From Candidatus Latescibacterota bacterium (GTDB lineage: Bacteria > Latescibacterota > UBA2968 > GCA-2709665): a stretch of DNA of 64,000 nucleotides. The position numbers were made by a program, and so were the translations under genes. Positions 9,917 to 19,706 of this stretch are shown here, piece after piece. Below the pieces are notes generated by a model that was not told the origin of the DNA, ran no database searches, and was given only the letters and a program-made list of their open reading frames with translations. Positions within the stretch are counted from its first letter, which is position 1; each line of letters opens with the position of its first letter. The stretch spans positions 3,200,001 through 3,264,000 of the forward strand of contig OZ242180.1 in the NCBI GenBank assembly GCA_965205485.1, read 5' to 3'.

Positions 9917-10552
9917 CGGGTTGCTCTGTGACGCCTCGCGCCTTCCATCCAGCCGCTCCTTGAGCATGTACAGCGCAATAACCGTCTTCGAGTCAACGAT
10001 GCGTCCGTCTGCCACCATGCGAAGGGCTTCCCCGAAGGCGATGATGTGCGGGCGGATATCTTCCGATTCGGCTTCCAGACCGGCGTGCCGGCGTATACCC
10101 TCCAGTTTACTCACGCGGGCGAGATAGAGTTCGGTGCGTTCGGAGGTGCCCCCGGGGCTGACGTAGACCGTCGTTAGATGTTCCAGTTCACCACGTAAGG
10201 CGTATCCTGTCTCTTCGAGCAGCTCTCGCCTGCCGACGTCCGGCCCACGCGCGTCCTTGATGCCCGCGACGGTTTCCAGGATCCAGCCCTTGCCGTCCCG
10301 TTCCGATTCAGGGTAGCTCGCATACACGGGATAGCGAAATTGTTCGACGAGGACGACTTCGTCGGTGTCGTCCGCGTACAGGAGCACCGCAACGCTGTCG
10401 CCCCGGCTGAAATTCACCCGTTTGACCGCGGGACTCATCCGGCCGTCGAAGCGCTCGTGCGAGACCAGGGCTTCTTCCATGCAGAAAAGCACCCGCCCGT
10501 GGGGCGAATGAAATTCGTACGGCGTGGACCGGCTGCTGATTTCGACTCTCAT
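9908..10552 (-). CDS. NUDIX hydrolase, ADP-ribose pyrophosphatase-like
   Basis: Motifs RGDSVAVLLY, VLVEQFRYP, Nudix box AG...RRELLEETG, SPGGTSE and ESEDI. Start set at ATG 10552, not the antisense-extended 11758. Confidence 0.85.
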   Translation of the reverse strand: MRVEISSRSTPYEFHSPHGRVLFCMEEALVSHERFDGRMSPAVKRVNFSRGDSVAVLLYADDTDEVVLVEQFRYPVYASYPESERDGKGWILETVAGIKDARGPDVGRRELLEETGYALRGELEHLTTVYVSPGGTSERTELYLARVSKLEGIRRHAGLEAESEDIRPHIIAFGEALRMVADGRIVDSKTVIALYMLKERLDGRREASQSNPSQ

Positions 10553-10654
10553 AAATGCACTCCGTTCGCAATGAAGTTCTACTTCCGGCACCTCGAAATC
10601 TATGTCCGTTCTGCCCGTAACGCAACGCTGATTTTTCTTTCTTGAAGGCGCGTG

Positions 10655-11893
10655 ATGTCCAGCCGACTCGCATTGTTTGGAGGAGAGCCCGAAGTTGACA
10701 AGGGGATTTCGAATCCCTGGCCGCAGTTCGACGAGACTGAAGAGACCATCTTGCTGGAGGTGTTGCGCAGCCGGAACTGGAACTACGGCCCCAGGTGTCA
10801 GGAATTCGAAGAGAAATTCGCCCGTTTTCAGGATGCCGCATACGGAGTCGTCTGCAGCGGGGGCACCAATGCGCTGGAAGCCGCGTGCCGTGGCGCACAG
10901 ATCGGCATCGGAGATGAGGTGATTACCAGTCCATATACCTTCCACGGAACGTGCATGGGTATTCTGGCGGCGGGTGCAGCGGTGACTTTTGCTGACATCG
11001 CTCCGAATTCGGACAATATCGACCCCGATGCGATTGAAGCGGCGATTACCCACCGCACGAAGGCGATCATGGTTGTGCATTTCGGCGGGCTGGCATGCGA
11101 TATGCGGCGAATCCGGAGCATCGCGGACCGCCACGATCTCGTCGTGCTGGAAGACGCCTGCCACGGCTGGGGGGCGTCGTATATGGGCCGGGGGCTGGGT
11201 AGTTGGGGCCTGGCATCGGGCTTCAGTTTTCAGCGAAGTAAAAATATCACTTCCGGAGAAGGCGGCATCGCGCTGACGAACGACGAAGACGTGGCCGACC
11301 GGATGAACTGCGTGATCAACTCGGGACGGTCCCGGTTCGACCGGGCGCCCGAAGGACTCCGCTGGGGCGGCAACCATCGAATGTCGGAATTTTCGGCCGC
11401 GATACTCTTGTGCCAGTTGGAGCGGGTCAGAAAGCAAACGGAAATCCGGGAACAGAATGCCGCGATGCTGACCCGGACGCTTTCGCGGGTCGATGGCATC
11501 GAGCCGGTCGAAAGACTGCCTGAAGCGACCAGGGCGAGCTGGCACATTTACGGCGCCAGGTACGAACCGGAGGAATTCGACGGGGTATCCCGCGAGCGCT
11601 TGCTTCAGGCACTCAGAGCGGAGGGGGTGCCCGCCAGCGGCGGCTACACCGAGCCGGTCTATCGGAATCCCGTATTTCAAAACGACTGGAAAGCGGGTTC
11701 CTACAGGCCCTTCGCCTGGACGATGATGGACGACGCGCCGGACTATCGAAGTCTTCATCTGCCGAACGTGGAAGCGGCCTGCAAAGACCGGATCTGGCTG
11801 TCACAGACGGTGCTGCTCGCCTCCGAAGCGAAGATGACGGATCTTTGCCGGGCGTTTGAGAAGGTGAGAACGCACGCGGCAGACTTGCGCTGA
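10655..11893 (+). CDS. DegT/DnrJ/EryC1/StrS family PLP aminotransferase
   Basis: Motifs GTNALEAA, GDEVI..PYTF, VHFGG, EDACH, FSFQRSKNITSGEGG and NHRMSEF. Confidence 0.92.
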   Translation: MSSRLALFGGEPEVDKGISNPWPQFDETEETILLEVLRSRNWNYGPRCQEFEEKFARFQDAAYGVVCSGGTNALEAACRGAQIGIGDEVITSPYTFHGTCMGILAAGAAVTFADIAPNSDNIDPDAIEAAITHRTKAIMVVHFGGLACDMRRIRSIADRHDLVVLEDACHGWGASYMGRGLGSWGLASGFSFQRSKNITSGEGGIALTNDEDVADRMNCVINSGRSRFDRAPEGLRWGGNHRMSEFSAAILLCQLERVRKQTEIREQNAAMLTRTLSRVDGIEPVERLPEATRASWHIYGARYEPEEFDGVSRERLLQALRAEGVPASGGYTEPVYRNPVFQNDWKAGSYRPFAWTMMDDAPDYRSLHLPNVEAACKDRIWLSQTVLLASEAKMTDLCRAFEKVRTHAADLR

Positions 11894-12026
11894 CCAGTTG
11901 AAGCCGACCTCGTTCGCCCCCGAAAGACCGCGGGGAATTCCAGAGTTTCGACGATTTTGGCAATCGGTATGACAACTGAGGATCCGGAACGGATCTCATT
12001 TCGCTGTTACCGAAACCGGAGGTGCC

Positions 12027-12755
12027 ATGTTCGAAAACGCCGTTGGACTGAAGAAAAGGATCCGCGATGGAGAGCAGATCGTGGGTACGATGCTGCCGCT
12101 GGATGCGACCCGGGAGCGTTTCCTGCAGGTGATGGACAGCGGTCCGTACGATTTCGTATCGACAGACAGCCAGCATTCGGCGCTGAATGAAGAGCGGTTG
12201 GAGGAATTCTGCGGCATCGCTGAGGAATTGGACGTATTCGTCCAGTTTCGCATTAAACATACCAGGAACGCGTACCTGATCGGAAATTACCTGGACCTGG
12301 GGCCGTGTGGCGTCGAGGTGCCCCAGACGGAGACGGATGAGACGGCAATCGAGGCCGTGGACGCATTTTACTATCCGCAGGCGGGGATCCGGAGCATCGG
12401 CGGACGTTCGCGGCGCGGGGCTGCGGCGATCTCCGACCCCTTCGAATACGCGGACTGGTGGAACGCATACGGGGTGCTGTGGTTGCAGATCGAGTCCGTA
12501 GAGGCCGCGACCCGGGCGCATTTTCTGGCCAGACCCGGTGTGGATTGCCTTTCGTTCGGACCCACCGACCTGACGTTCAACCTGAGATCCCACCCCAATC
12601 ACGCCCTGAAGTCGGTCGATGACGCCGTGGCCTACGTGGCAACGTCGCTTCAGGGAACCGGCGTGGCCGTGTGTCACCGGATCGCCTCGGCGGAACAACG
12701 TTCCAGATACCTTGATATGGGGGTGACGGTCATTCTGGAGCCGCCGGCGGTCTGA
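12027..12755 (+). CDS. HpcH/HpaI aldolase family protein (divergent)
   Basis: GGAGG RBS; motifs TDSQH, LDLGPCGVEVP, YYPQAGIRS, LQIES and FGPTDL. Confidence 0.8.
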   Translation: MFENAVGLKKRIRDGEQIVGTMLPLDATRERFLQVMDSGPYDFVSTDSQHSALNEERLEEFCGIAEELDVFVQFRIKHTRNAYLIGNYLDLGPCGVEVPQTETDETAIEAVDAFYYPQAGIRSIGGRSRRGAAAISDPFEYADWWNAYGVLWLQIESVEAATRAHFLARPGVDCLSFGPTDLTFNLRSHPNHALKSVDDAVAYVATSLQGTGVAVCHRIASAEQRSRYLDMGVTVILEPPAV

Positions 12756-12817
12756 GCGTACAGGCGCGGTGCGGGGGCGTGACATCGGATGCCGTCTATC
12801 GAAGGGGGAGGACCATC

Positions 12818-14026
12818 ATGACGGAGTCGTCGGGACCACGTGGCGAAGTCAGTGTCGCGGATTTCTTCGACCCGGACTCACCCACGTGCGGGATTGCCGA
12901 GGCGATCGCTTCTCTGTCTCCGGGTGGAGGAAGGGTCCGCGCGCCCGCGGGGGCCTACCCGTTGCGGCAGTCGATCTATCTTCCCGGCAACGTCAGCCTG
13001 GTTGGCGATGGGCCTGCAACCGTCCTGGCGATACGGCCGCCGGAATCGGTCGCCCTGACCAAAGACGTACGCGAGGGCGAGCGTGCATTCGATTGCAGCA
13101 CGCGCCCCCCCTTCCAGGAGGGCGACGCGGTCGGGCTGTGCGATGACCGGCAGACCGGCTGGCACGGTACCCACGGTATCGTGCGCGAGCGAAGCGGCGC
13201 CCGCGTCCGGCTTAACGTACCGGTGGAACGGGACTTGAAGGTGGCGGACAATGCAAGGGCCGTGCGACTCTTTCCGGCGATTTACGCGCTGGATGAGGTC
13301 GATATCGAGATTCAGGGCTTGGCGATACGGGGTCCGGAACGGTACCGGGGACCCTGGTGGGACTTCACGTACGCGGCGGTCCATCTGGTTGGATGCAGGC
13401 GCGTGAGATTGGTGAATTGCACGGTGTCGGACTGGCCCAGCGACGGGTTCGGCATTCAAAGAGGCAGCGACGTCCAGGTGATGCAATGCCAGGCGCACGG
13501 GTGCCGTGGTCACGGGTTTCATCCCGGCACGGCCCTGCGTGCGAGCGTCTGGTCACACAATATCGCTGAAGGCAACGGCGGCGACGGCTTTTTCTTCTGC
13601 GCCCGCGTACACCATTCCGTGTGCAGCGACAGCGTGTTCTCGCGCAATGGTCAACACGGTATCGGCGGGGTGGCGAATGGAGGCGATCACCACAATATCG
13701 TCAGCGACAATGTCTGCGCGTACAACGGACGCAGCGGAATTGACGCCAGCAGGGGAGAGGAGCACATGCTTTCCGGCAACCTGCTGTTAAGCAATTCGCA
13801 GGAAGCGCCGGGCCGATGGCCCGGGATCAGGCTGCACGACCTTGATCGGACAATTGTCCGGGGCAACCGTTGCGCGGACGATCAGACGGTGCCAACGCAG
13901 ACCTGCGGCATCGTGGAGAGCGGGTCCAGCAACTGCAACCTGATCGGCGGCAATATGTGTGTGGGGATGAAGGAGCCGGTTGTGGTGACGGGCTCGAACA
14001 GCCGGGCGGAGGGGAATCTGGTCTGA
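12818..14026 (+). CDS. Right-handed parallel beta-helix protein (glycoside hydrolase/lyase-like)
   Basis: N-terminal 'IAEAIASL..GGGRV..PAGAY' and repeated 'N....N...GI' coils; GGAGG RBS before ATG 12818. Confidence 0.8.
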   Translation: MTESSGPRGEVSVADFFDPDSPTCGIAEAIASLSPGGGRVRAPAGAYPLRQSIYLPGNVSLVGDGPATVLAIRPPESVALTKDVREGERAFDCSTRPPFQEGDAVGLCDDRQTGWHGTHGIVRERSGARVRLNVPVERDLKVADNARAVRLFPAIYALDEVDIEIQGLAIRGPERYRGPWWDFTYAAVHLVGCRRVRLVNCTVSDWPSDGFGIQRGSDVQVMQCQAHGCRGHGFHPGTALRASVWSHNIAEGNGGDGFFFCARVHHSVCSDSVFSRNGQHGIGGVANGGDHHNIVSDNVCAYNGRSGIDASRGEEHMLSGNLLLSNSQEAPGRWPGIRLHDLDRTIVRGNRCADDQTVPTQTCGIVESGSSNCNLIGGNMCVGMKEPVVVTGSNSRAEGNLV

Positions 14027-14069
14027 TCGACCGCACCGGGGATGGCCTCCCGGCGAGGCGCGGTCGATC
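14025..14069 (+). terminator. GC-rich hairpin between convergent genes
   Basis: GATCGACCGC...GCGGTCGATC forms a 10-bp outer stem with an inner CCGGG/CCCGG stem. Confidence 0.4.
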
Positions 14070-14344
14070 CTGAACTGACAGACCGATGTGGATAATGGCT
14101 CGCCGGTCCGATTTTCGGGCCAGCGAGTTTTGTTGTTCCGGGACAGAACATCGGCCCCAATTCGAAAAACCAGCAACGCGGTGACGCGACGAAAACCCCC
14201 GAAACGGGGCGTAAAGGTCGTCCAAGAGGACGTTTTTTCAGTTCAGGTCCAGTGACCTGGTGTATCCTTGTAATCAGCCTTCTAATCGCCTTTAATAACT
14301 AGCACTTATTCGAATTAACGTCCACGAGAACTTACGAATCAAGG

Positions 14345-15013
14345 TCAGATTGCGGCGAGGAGCGCGCCGATGGATATTTTGGAAAGGACCTCGCCCAGCA
14401 GAATGGCGGCCGCGAAGAGGCCGATGGCTTTGCCTCCGCCCACGTTGCAGGCGACGGCGAAAGCACGGTACATCAGCAATACCGTCCAGACGAGCAGCAA
14501 CAGCGCCAGAATGACGGCCAGGACGAAAACGGCGAGATCCAACGGGCTGACCTGCGCGAAGGACGTAAGTACGCCTCCGGAAGCGCCGGACCGGAACCGC
14601 GTCGGACCCTGCATCAGCTGCCCGGCGAGCTGGTCCGTAACGCGCCGGAAACCGGGAAGGAGCACGCAGAACAGGGTGATAGCCATCGGCACACGCGCCA
14701 GCGCCTGTGTGCCGAACACATCCAGCGGTCGGATCCTGCTCCGGGATATCAGCCGCCCCGCGAGATATGCCAGAACGCCCATCACCAGCCAGTTGATCAG
14801 GTTTTCGGCGACAAAGACCCACGCCGGCGCCGGCGGGCCCGCATGGAGGTCGATCACACCGTCGAAGTGATGATTCGTCGCCGCGCCAACGAGGCTGGCG
14901 ATCATCATCACGACAAGCCCGATGCCGAGGGCGGTCCCGCCCGCGACGTAATAAAACGGGTTGAAGAGCCAAGTCTTCAGCTTGTTCGAGGGTATACTAT
15001 CCGGCATTTCCAT
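14345..15013 (-). CDS. Integral membrane protein, Yip1-like
   Basis: Starts MEMPDSIPSNKLKTWLFNPF; about 5 hydrophobic segments; AGGGGG upstream. Confidence 0.65.
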   Translation of the reverse strand: MEMPDSIPSNKLKTWLFNPFYYVAGGTALGIGLVVMMIASLVGAATNHHFDGVIDLHAGPPAPAWVFVAENLINWLVMGVLAYLAGRLISRSRIRPLDVFGTQALARVPMAITLFCVLLPGFRRVTDQLAGQLMQGPTRFRSGASGGVLTSFAQVSPLDLAVFVLAVILALLLLVWTVLLMYRAFAVACNVGGGKAIGLFAAAILLGEVLSKISIGALLAAI

Positions 15014-15166
15014 TGCGACCCCCTGAGGAGGCACATCGTCGCGTCCCGGTACGTGGCAATTGACGTGAAGAAAACAGGCGTGCCGCCTGCGCCGCCTGTT
15101 CTGCTTGCGTTGATTCTGTCGAAACGAGCCTTTCGGCGTGGGTCTATTTACGGCGACGCTGCATTT

Positions 15167-15191
15167 GTAGGGGCGACCCTTGTGGTCGCCC
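15167..15191 (+). repeat. GTAG-type REP palindrome
   Basis: GTAG-GGGCGACC-CTTGT-GGTCGCCC: a GTAG foot plus an 8-bp perfect stem, in intergenic sequence. Confidence 0.7.
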
Positions 15192-15200
15192 GCCCGCCTT

Positions 15201-15941
15201 TCAGGTCCCGGCCTCTGCCAGCGCATCCTGTACGGCTGCTTCCAGGGCGCGCAGATCGCTGGCGATATCCATGAACGTGAATCCCTCGCGTATGCGTTTC
15301 CGGACGATCTCCAGGTCGCGTTCCGGCATCCCGTAGGGCTTTCCGGCCTTCTTGCATCCCGAAACAAACGTTTGTATGGCGTTCTCGTGGTCCGGATGGC
15401 CCCGGTTCACGCCCATTGAAAGGGCCAGGTCGCCGGGTCCCAGGAATCCGACGTCGATTCCCTCGACAGACATGATGGCTGCGGTGTTGTCGATTCCCTC
15501 CATGTCTTCTATCTGTGGTACGATCATCACCGCGTCGTTGGCGCACCGGCGATATTCGTCGCCGTACACGGCAACCCGGCCCGTACCGGCTGAGCGGGCG
15601 CCCTCGGGGGGATAGCGCATGGCCTGCACAAGGGCTTCTGCCTGCCGTGGCGTACTCACGTGCGGTACGATGATGCCGTAGGCGCCCGCGTCCAGGATGC
15701 GTGCAAGGGAAACCGGATCGTGGTCCCACGCGCGGACGAAGGGCACGGCGCCCCGAGCCTCGATCGCGCGGAACGTGTCCGCGATCAGGGGAATGTCGAA
15801 TGGCGAGTGTTCCGCGTCTATCGCCAGCCACTCGTATCCGGCGGCCGCCATGACTTCCGCGGCGAGCGGGGAACCCAGGTTCAGCCAGCCTCCCAGGGAC
15901 AGTTCGCCCCTGAGAAGTTTCGCTTTGACGGGATTTTCCAC
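15201..15941 (-). CDS. HpcH/HpaI aldolase (2-keto-3-deoxy-sugar-acid aldolase family)
   Basis: Motifs IDAEHSP, LDAGAYGIIVPHV, RYPPEGARS, QIED and FLGPGDL. Confidence 0.9.
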   Translation of the reverse strand: MENPVKAKLLRGELSLGGWLNLGSPLAAEVMAAAGYEWLAIDAEHSPFDIPLIADTFRAIEARGAVPFVRAWDHDPVSLARILDAGAYGIIVPHVSTPRQAEALVQAMRYPPEGARSAGTGRVAVYGDEYRRCANDAVMIVPQIEDMEGIDNTAAIMSVEGIDVGFLGPGDLALSMGVNRGHPDHENAIQTFVSGCKKAGKPYGMPERDLEIVRKRIREGFTFMDIASDLRALEAAVQDALAEAGT

Positions 15942-15982
15942 GGGGTCTCCTTCTTTAAGTGGGGTGCTCGGACAGTGACGGT

Positions 15983-17353
15983 TCAGTCGATGCTCGACGA
16001 GGCCATTTCGTATTCTCCCTGGACGCCTTTCACCGTATTCGAAGACCGGCGCTTGAACACGTTGCCGAATGCGCCGGCCAGGCGCAGGGCCTCGTCGGGG
16101 TGATCGTCGATGAGGTTGCTTTTTTCCTTCGGGTCGTCCGGAAGATGGTACAGTTCGTCGGGCTCGCTCGCGGGGCGCTGGATATAGCTCCAGGTGTTGT
16201 CGCGGGTGCAGCGGTCGATTCCGCCGTGGTAACCGGTGATCATCGTCCGCCGGTGTTCGTCAGCATCGCCCGTGAGAACGGACATGAAGCTCCGACCCGC
16301 CATGGCGTCGGCGTTACCGTCCAGACCGAGTGCGTCGAGGAGGGTGGGCAGCACGTCCTGGTACTGAACGATCGCTGACGTCCGGCGACCCCCGTGTTTC
16401 CCTCCCGGCAGTCTGACCATGAACGGCACCTTGAGCAGTTCGTTGTACATCCGGTCCGCGCCCTTCAGGAATTTTCCGTGGTCATTCAGGGGATGTCCGT
16501 GGTCGGCCAGCAGAAAGATAACGCTGTCGTCGTAATATCCCAGGTTTCCGAGGGCTTCGAACAGCCGGCCGAGGCAGTGGTCCACAAAGGCGCATTCCCC
16601 CGCGTAGAGACCCTGGATGTGGGAGACCTCGTCCGATGAGGCCCAGTCTTCCGACGGTCCGCCCATCGGCATGATGAGGCGAGGACCCCGGTACCCGGGA
16701 TCGGTGTAGCTGTCGAACTCCGGAACGGGATTCCACGGTTCGTGAGGGTCGAACGAATCCACCCAGAGCATCACGTTTTCGTGCGCCCGGTTCGATTCCA
16801 GCCAATTGATGGCGCTGTCGACCACCTGCCACGCGAACTCGTCCTCCTTCGAGTGGAAATCGTCGGTATTGGCCAGGAATTGCGAGATGCGCCGGCGCCA
16901 GGTCTCGGGATAGCTATCGTTGACGTAGTCATCCAAATTGCGCCGGGTTGGCGCGCTGATCCAGGGGTCGTATTCCTGGCCGCGGATCCAGTCGTAAGAA
17001 GCGAAATTCCGGTGGTAGTTCATTCCGGGAGCGCGATAGTGGTAGGTATCCGTGACGAGTCCGCAGACGTATCCCTCTTCGGAGAGGATCTGGGCGATAT
17101 GTACGTCTTCCGCGGTCAGAGGTTGCCAGCCGCGGCTGTGCAGCGTGCGCTGTCCGGTCATCAGCTGGCAGCGGATTGGGATCGTCGGCAAGGCTTCGGG
17201 ATAGGCGTTGTCGAAGACCACCGCCTCCCCGGCAAATGCGTCTATATTGGGCGTCCTGCACGGATCGATACCGGGAAAGGGCGCGACGCCGGCGTTGTAC
17301 AGGCTCACGTGATCCTGTCGGAAGCTATCGAGCACGATAAAGACGACGTTCAT
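15983..17353 (-). CDS. Sulfatase-like hydrolase (alkaline phosphatase superfamily) with Thr at the nucleophile position
   Basis: Motifs NVVFIVLDSFRQD, TPNID, PTIPIR...TG, FDPHEPW, ADHG and DELY....DP.E..NL. Confidence 0.85.
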   Translation of the reverse strand: MNVVFIVLDSFRQDHVSLYNAGVAPFPGIDPCRTPNIDAFAGEAVVFDNAYPEALPTIPIRCQLMTGQRTLHSRGWQPLTAEDVHIAQILSEEGYVCGLVTDTYHYRAPGMNYHRNFASYDWIRGQEYDPWISAPTRRNLDDYVNDSYPETWRRRISQFLANTDDFHSKEDEFAWQVVDSAINWLESNRAHENVMLWVDSFDPHEPWNPVPEFDSYTDPGYRGPRLIMPMGGPSEDWASSDEVSHIQGLYAGECAFVDHCLGRLFEALGNLGYYDDSVIFLLADHGHPLNDHGKFLKGADRMYNELLKVPFMVRLPGGKHGGRRTSAIVQYQDVLPTLLDALGLDGNADAMAGRSFMSVLTGDADEHRRTMITGYHGGIDRCTRDNTWSYIQRPASEPDELYHLPDDPKEKSNLIDDHPDEALRLAGAFGNVFKRRSSNTVKGVQGEYEMASSSID

Positions 17354-18516
17354 GACGTCACCTCCTCCTGGGAGACGCGGCGTTCCCAGCCGTCCCTGAA
17401 CAGCGGCAGGTGGTTGTTCACGGAATAGGGGTGTTTGCGTATCTCGTCGACGTTGAGGTCGATCCCCAGTCCGGGTGCGGCGGGCAGGCTGAAGTACCCG
17501 TCGACGACGTCATACCTTTCGCCGGTTACCAGGTCCCGTTCCCACGCCACGTTGAATTCGTCGAAGGTTTCCTGAATGAAGTGGTTGGGTGTACATGCCG
17601 CGAGTTGAAGGCAGATGGCGGTGCAGACGGGGCCCTGCGCGTCGTGCGGCGCGACCACGCCGTAGTGCGCGTCGACCATATCGCAGATCATTCGGGTTGA
17701 CCAGAGTCCGCCGCATGCCAGCGGCTCAGGCTGAAGGATGTGTACGACGTCGTGCTTCAGCAGTTCGGCGAACTGGTATTTCGTATGGAGACTTTCCCCC
17801 GTGGCGATGGGAACAGGCGACTCTCTCGCGACCCGGACGAGGGCATCGATCTTGTGGTGAGGCGTCGGTTCCTCAAACCAGGTGGGGTTATAGGGTTCCA
17901 TTTTTCGGGCGAATTTGAGTGCGGTGGACGTGCTGAACCGGCAGTGGCCCTCTACGAGAACGTCCACGCCCGGTCCCACGGCGTCGCGGACCGCCGCGAT
18001 GATGTCGACGGCCAGCGCCTCGTCATCCAGGTCCGTAATCTGGTAGGCGGAACCGAAAGGATCGAATTTGAGAGCCGTGTACCCGCGGCGGACCACGTCA
18101 AGCGCTTTCTCGTGAAAGTTTTCCGGCGTCCGCGCACCGCGATACCAGCCGTTCGCATAAGCGCGGACCCTGTCGCGCATTTCGCCGCCCAGAAGCTGGT
18201 AGACGGGCTTGTTCAGGCATTTGCCCATGATATCCCAGCACGCGACTTCGATCGCCGCAACCGCGTGCTTGTGAATCTGACCGCCGTCCGTGTACACGTC
18301 GCGGTACATCCGCTGGACGATGCGTTCAGGCTGGAACGGATCCTGGCCTTCCCACTGCGGCCTGAGTTCGTGGATGGCCGATTCAACGGTCCTGGCCATG
18401 AAGTTGACCGTGCCCTCACCGACGCCGTATACCCCCTCGTCCGTATGCACGCGTGTAAACAGCCAGTTTTTCCACGGGTTGCCGGCAATGAAAGTTTCGA
18501 CGTCCGTAATCTTCAT
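17350..18516 (-). CDS. Mandelate racemase/MLE family acid-sugar dehydratase, galactonate dehydratase-like
   Basis: Motifs MKITDVETF, TDEGVYGVGE, WDIMGK...PVYQLLGG, YANGW, KFDPF, EGHCRF, FEEP, ATGE and PGLG. Confidence 0.9.
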   Translation of the reverse strand: MKITDVETFIAGNPWKNWLFTRVHTDEGVYGVGEGTVNFMARTVESAIHELRPQWEGQDPFQPERIVQRMYRDVYTDGGQIHKHAVAAIEVACWDIMGKCLNKPVYQLLGGEMRDRVRAYANGWYRGARTPENFHEKALDVVRRGYTALKFDPFGSAYQITDLDDEALAVDIIAAVRDAVGPGVDVLVEGHCRFSTSTALKFARKMEPYNPTWFEEPTPHHKIDALVRVARESPVPIATGESLHTKYQFAELLKHDVVHILQPEPLACGGLWSTRMICDMVDAHYGVVAPHDAQGPVCTAICLQLAACTPNHFIQETFDEFNVAWERDLVTGERYDVVDGYFSLPAAPGLGIDLNVDEIRKHPYSVNNHLPLFRDGWERRVSQEEVTS

Positions 18517-18745
18517 GAGATGCCTCGATTCGCGTGTATTGAGGTCCGGGGTTTCTCAAAACGGACTTCCAATATTGTTCCGGAGCCAGGGCCCGTCAAG
18601 TCGTATTTCCGCGCCTGAAACGGGTCGAATCCTCGCGGGCTCCTCACACATTTCGCTTTTCATTGTGCCGGCAGTCGCGTAAGTTCGTTTGATCTGGATT
18701 CATATTCGGGCAAATACAACGGTGGGAGGGCGATTGGAAGGGACA

Positions 18746-19690
18746 TTGAGGATTACAGATGCCGAAATCGCGGGAATACTGTCCGCAAGGGAAGTTGTCG
18801 AAAGCTGTGACCGGGCGTTTCGCCTCTATGGGTCCGGAGAGGCGCTGAATCCGCCGCGACGTGAAGAGGTGCGAAGGACGGGAGGCGCGGACCTGTTTCG
18901 CCTGGAGATGCCGGCGGAGTGGCCCGGGCGTTACCGTGCGAGGAAGGTGATTGTGGAGCGGTCGGATGTCTCGTCCGGGCGGCTTTCGGAGCGCACCGCG
19001 GTGATCGAACTGGAAGACGTTGCCACGGGCCGGAGCGCCGAACTGGACGCGGAATATCTGACCAATATGCGGACCGGCGCGGCGGGCGCCCTCGGAGTCC
19101 GCTATCTTGCCGGCGGATCGGAGGTGCTGGCGATTGTGGGAACCGGTCGCGTATCACGCGCGCTTGCCCTGTGCGCCGACGCGGCCCTCGGCCCGCGGGA
19201 GATCAGGGCGACCAGCCGCAGCGCGGCCAACGTCGAGGCGTTTGCCGCGTACGTACAACCGAAGGTGAACGCCCGTATACGAAGGACGAACGCCATTGGC
19301 GACTGCCTGGAGGGCGCCGATGCCGTGCTCACGGCGGTTCCCACGCCCCACCCGATTCTGGGAAGGCAGGACGTTGGCGACGCGGTGCATCTATCCGTAA
19401 TTGCAGGCGACCCGAGGACGGCTCAACTCAACCCGGGGCTATTGAGCAGCCGTGAGGTGGTTGCGGACCATCCCGAGCAGGTCCTGAAGTCGGGAGATTT
19501 CCTGTTGGCCGGTCTGGGCCGGGACCGGTTGGCCGCAGACGGCGAGGGGCGCGTACTGACCATCGGAGACGCGGCGCTTGGCCGACTGGAAGACCGGCGC
19601 GGCCGGGGCGCGATTGCCTATTTCACCGGAATGGCCATCCAGGATCTGATGGCGGCTGTGCAGGTGTACGAACGTGTGGCAGGGCGCTGA
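18746..19690 (+). CDS. Ornithine cyclodeaminase / mu-crystallin family protein
   Basis: Motifs LTNMRTGAAGA, IVGTG Rossmann and FTGMAIQDL. The start is uncertain (TTG 18746 or 18689). Confidence 0.85.
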   Translation: MRITDAEIAGILSAREVVESCDRAFRLYGSGEALNPPRREEVRRTGGADLFRLEMPAEWPGRYRARKVIVERSDVSSGRLSERTAVIELEDVATGRSAELDAEYLTNMRTGAAGALGVRYLAGGSEVLAIVGTGRVSRALALCADAALGPREIRATSRSAANVEAFAAYVQPKVNARIRRTNAIGDCLEGADAVLTAVPTPHPILGRQDVGDAVHLSVIAGDPRTAQLNPGLLSSREVVADHPEQVLKSGDFLLAGLGRDRLAADGEGRVLTIGDAALGRLEDRRGRGAIAYFTGMAIQDLMAAVQVYERVAGR

Positions 19691-19706
19691 GAATCGCAAG
19701 GCTGTT

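Noticed and set aside
10553..11758. 616-aa ORF 9908..11758 as one long protein
   Set aside because: The first ~400 aa are antisense to the aminotransferase; only the NUDIX part from 10552 looks like real protein.
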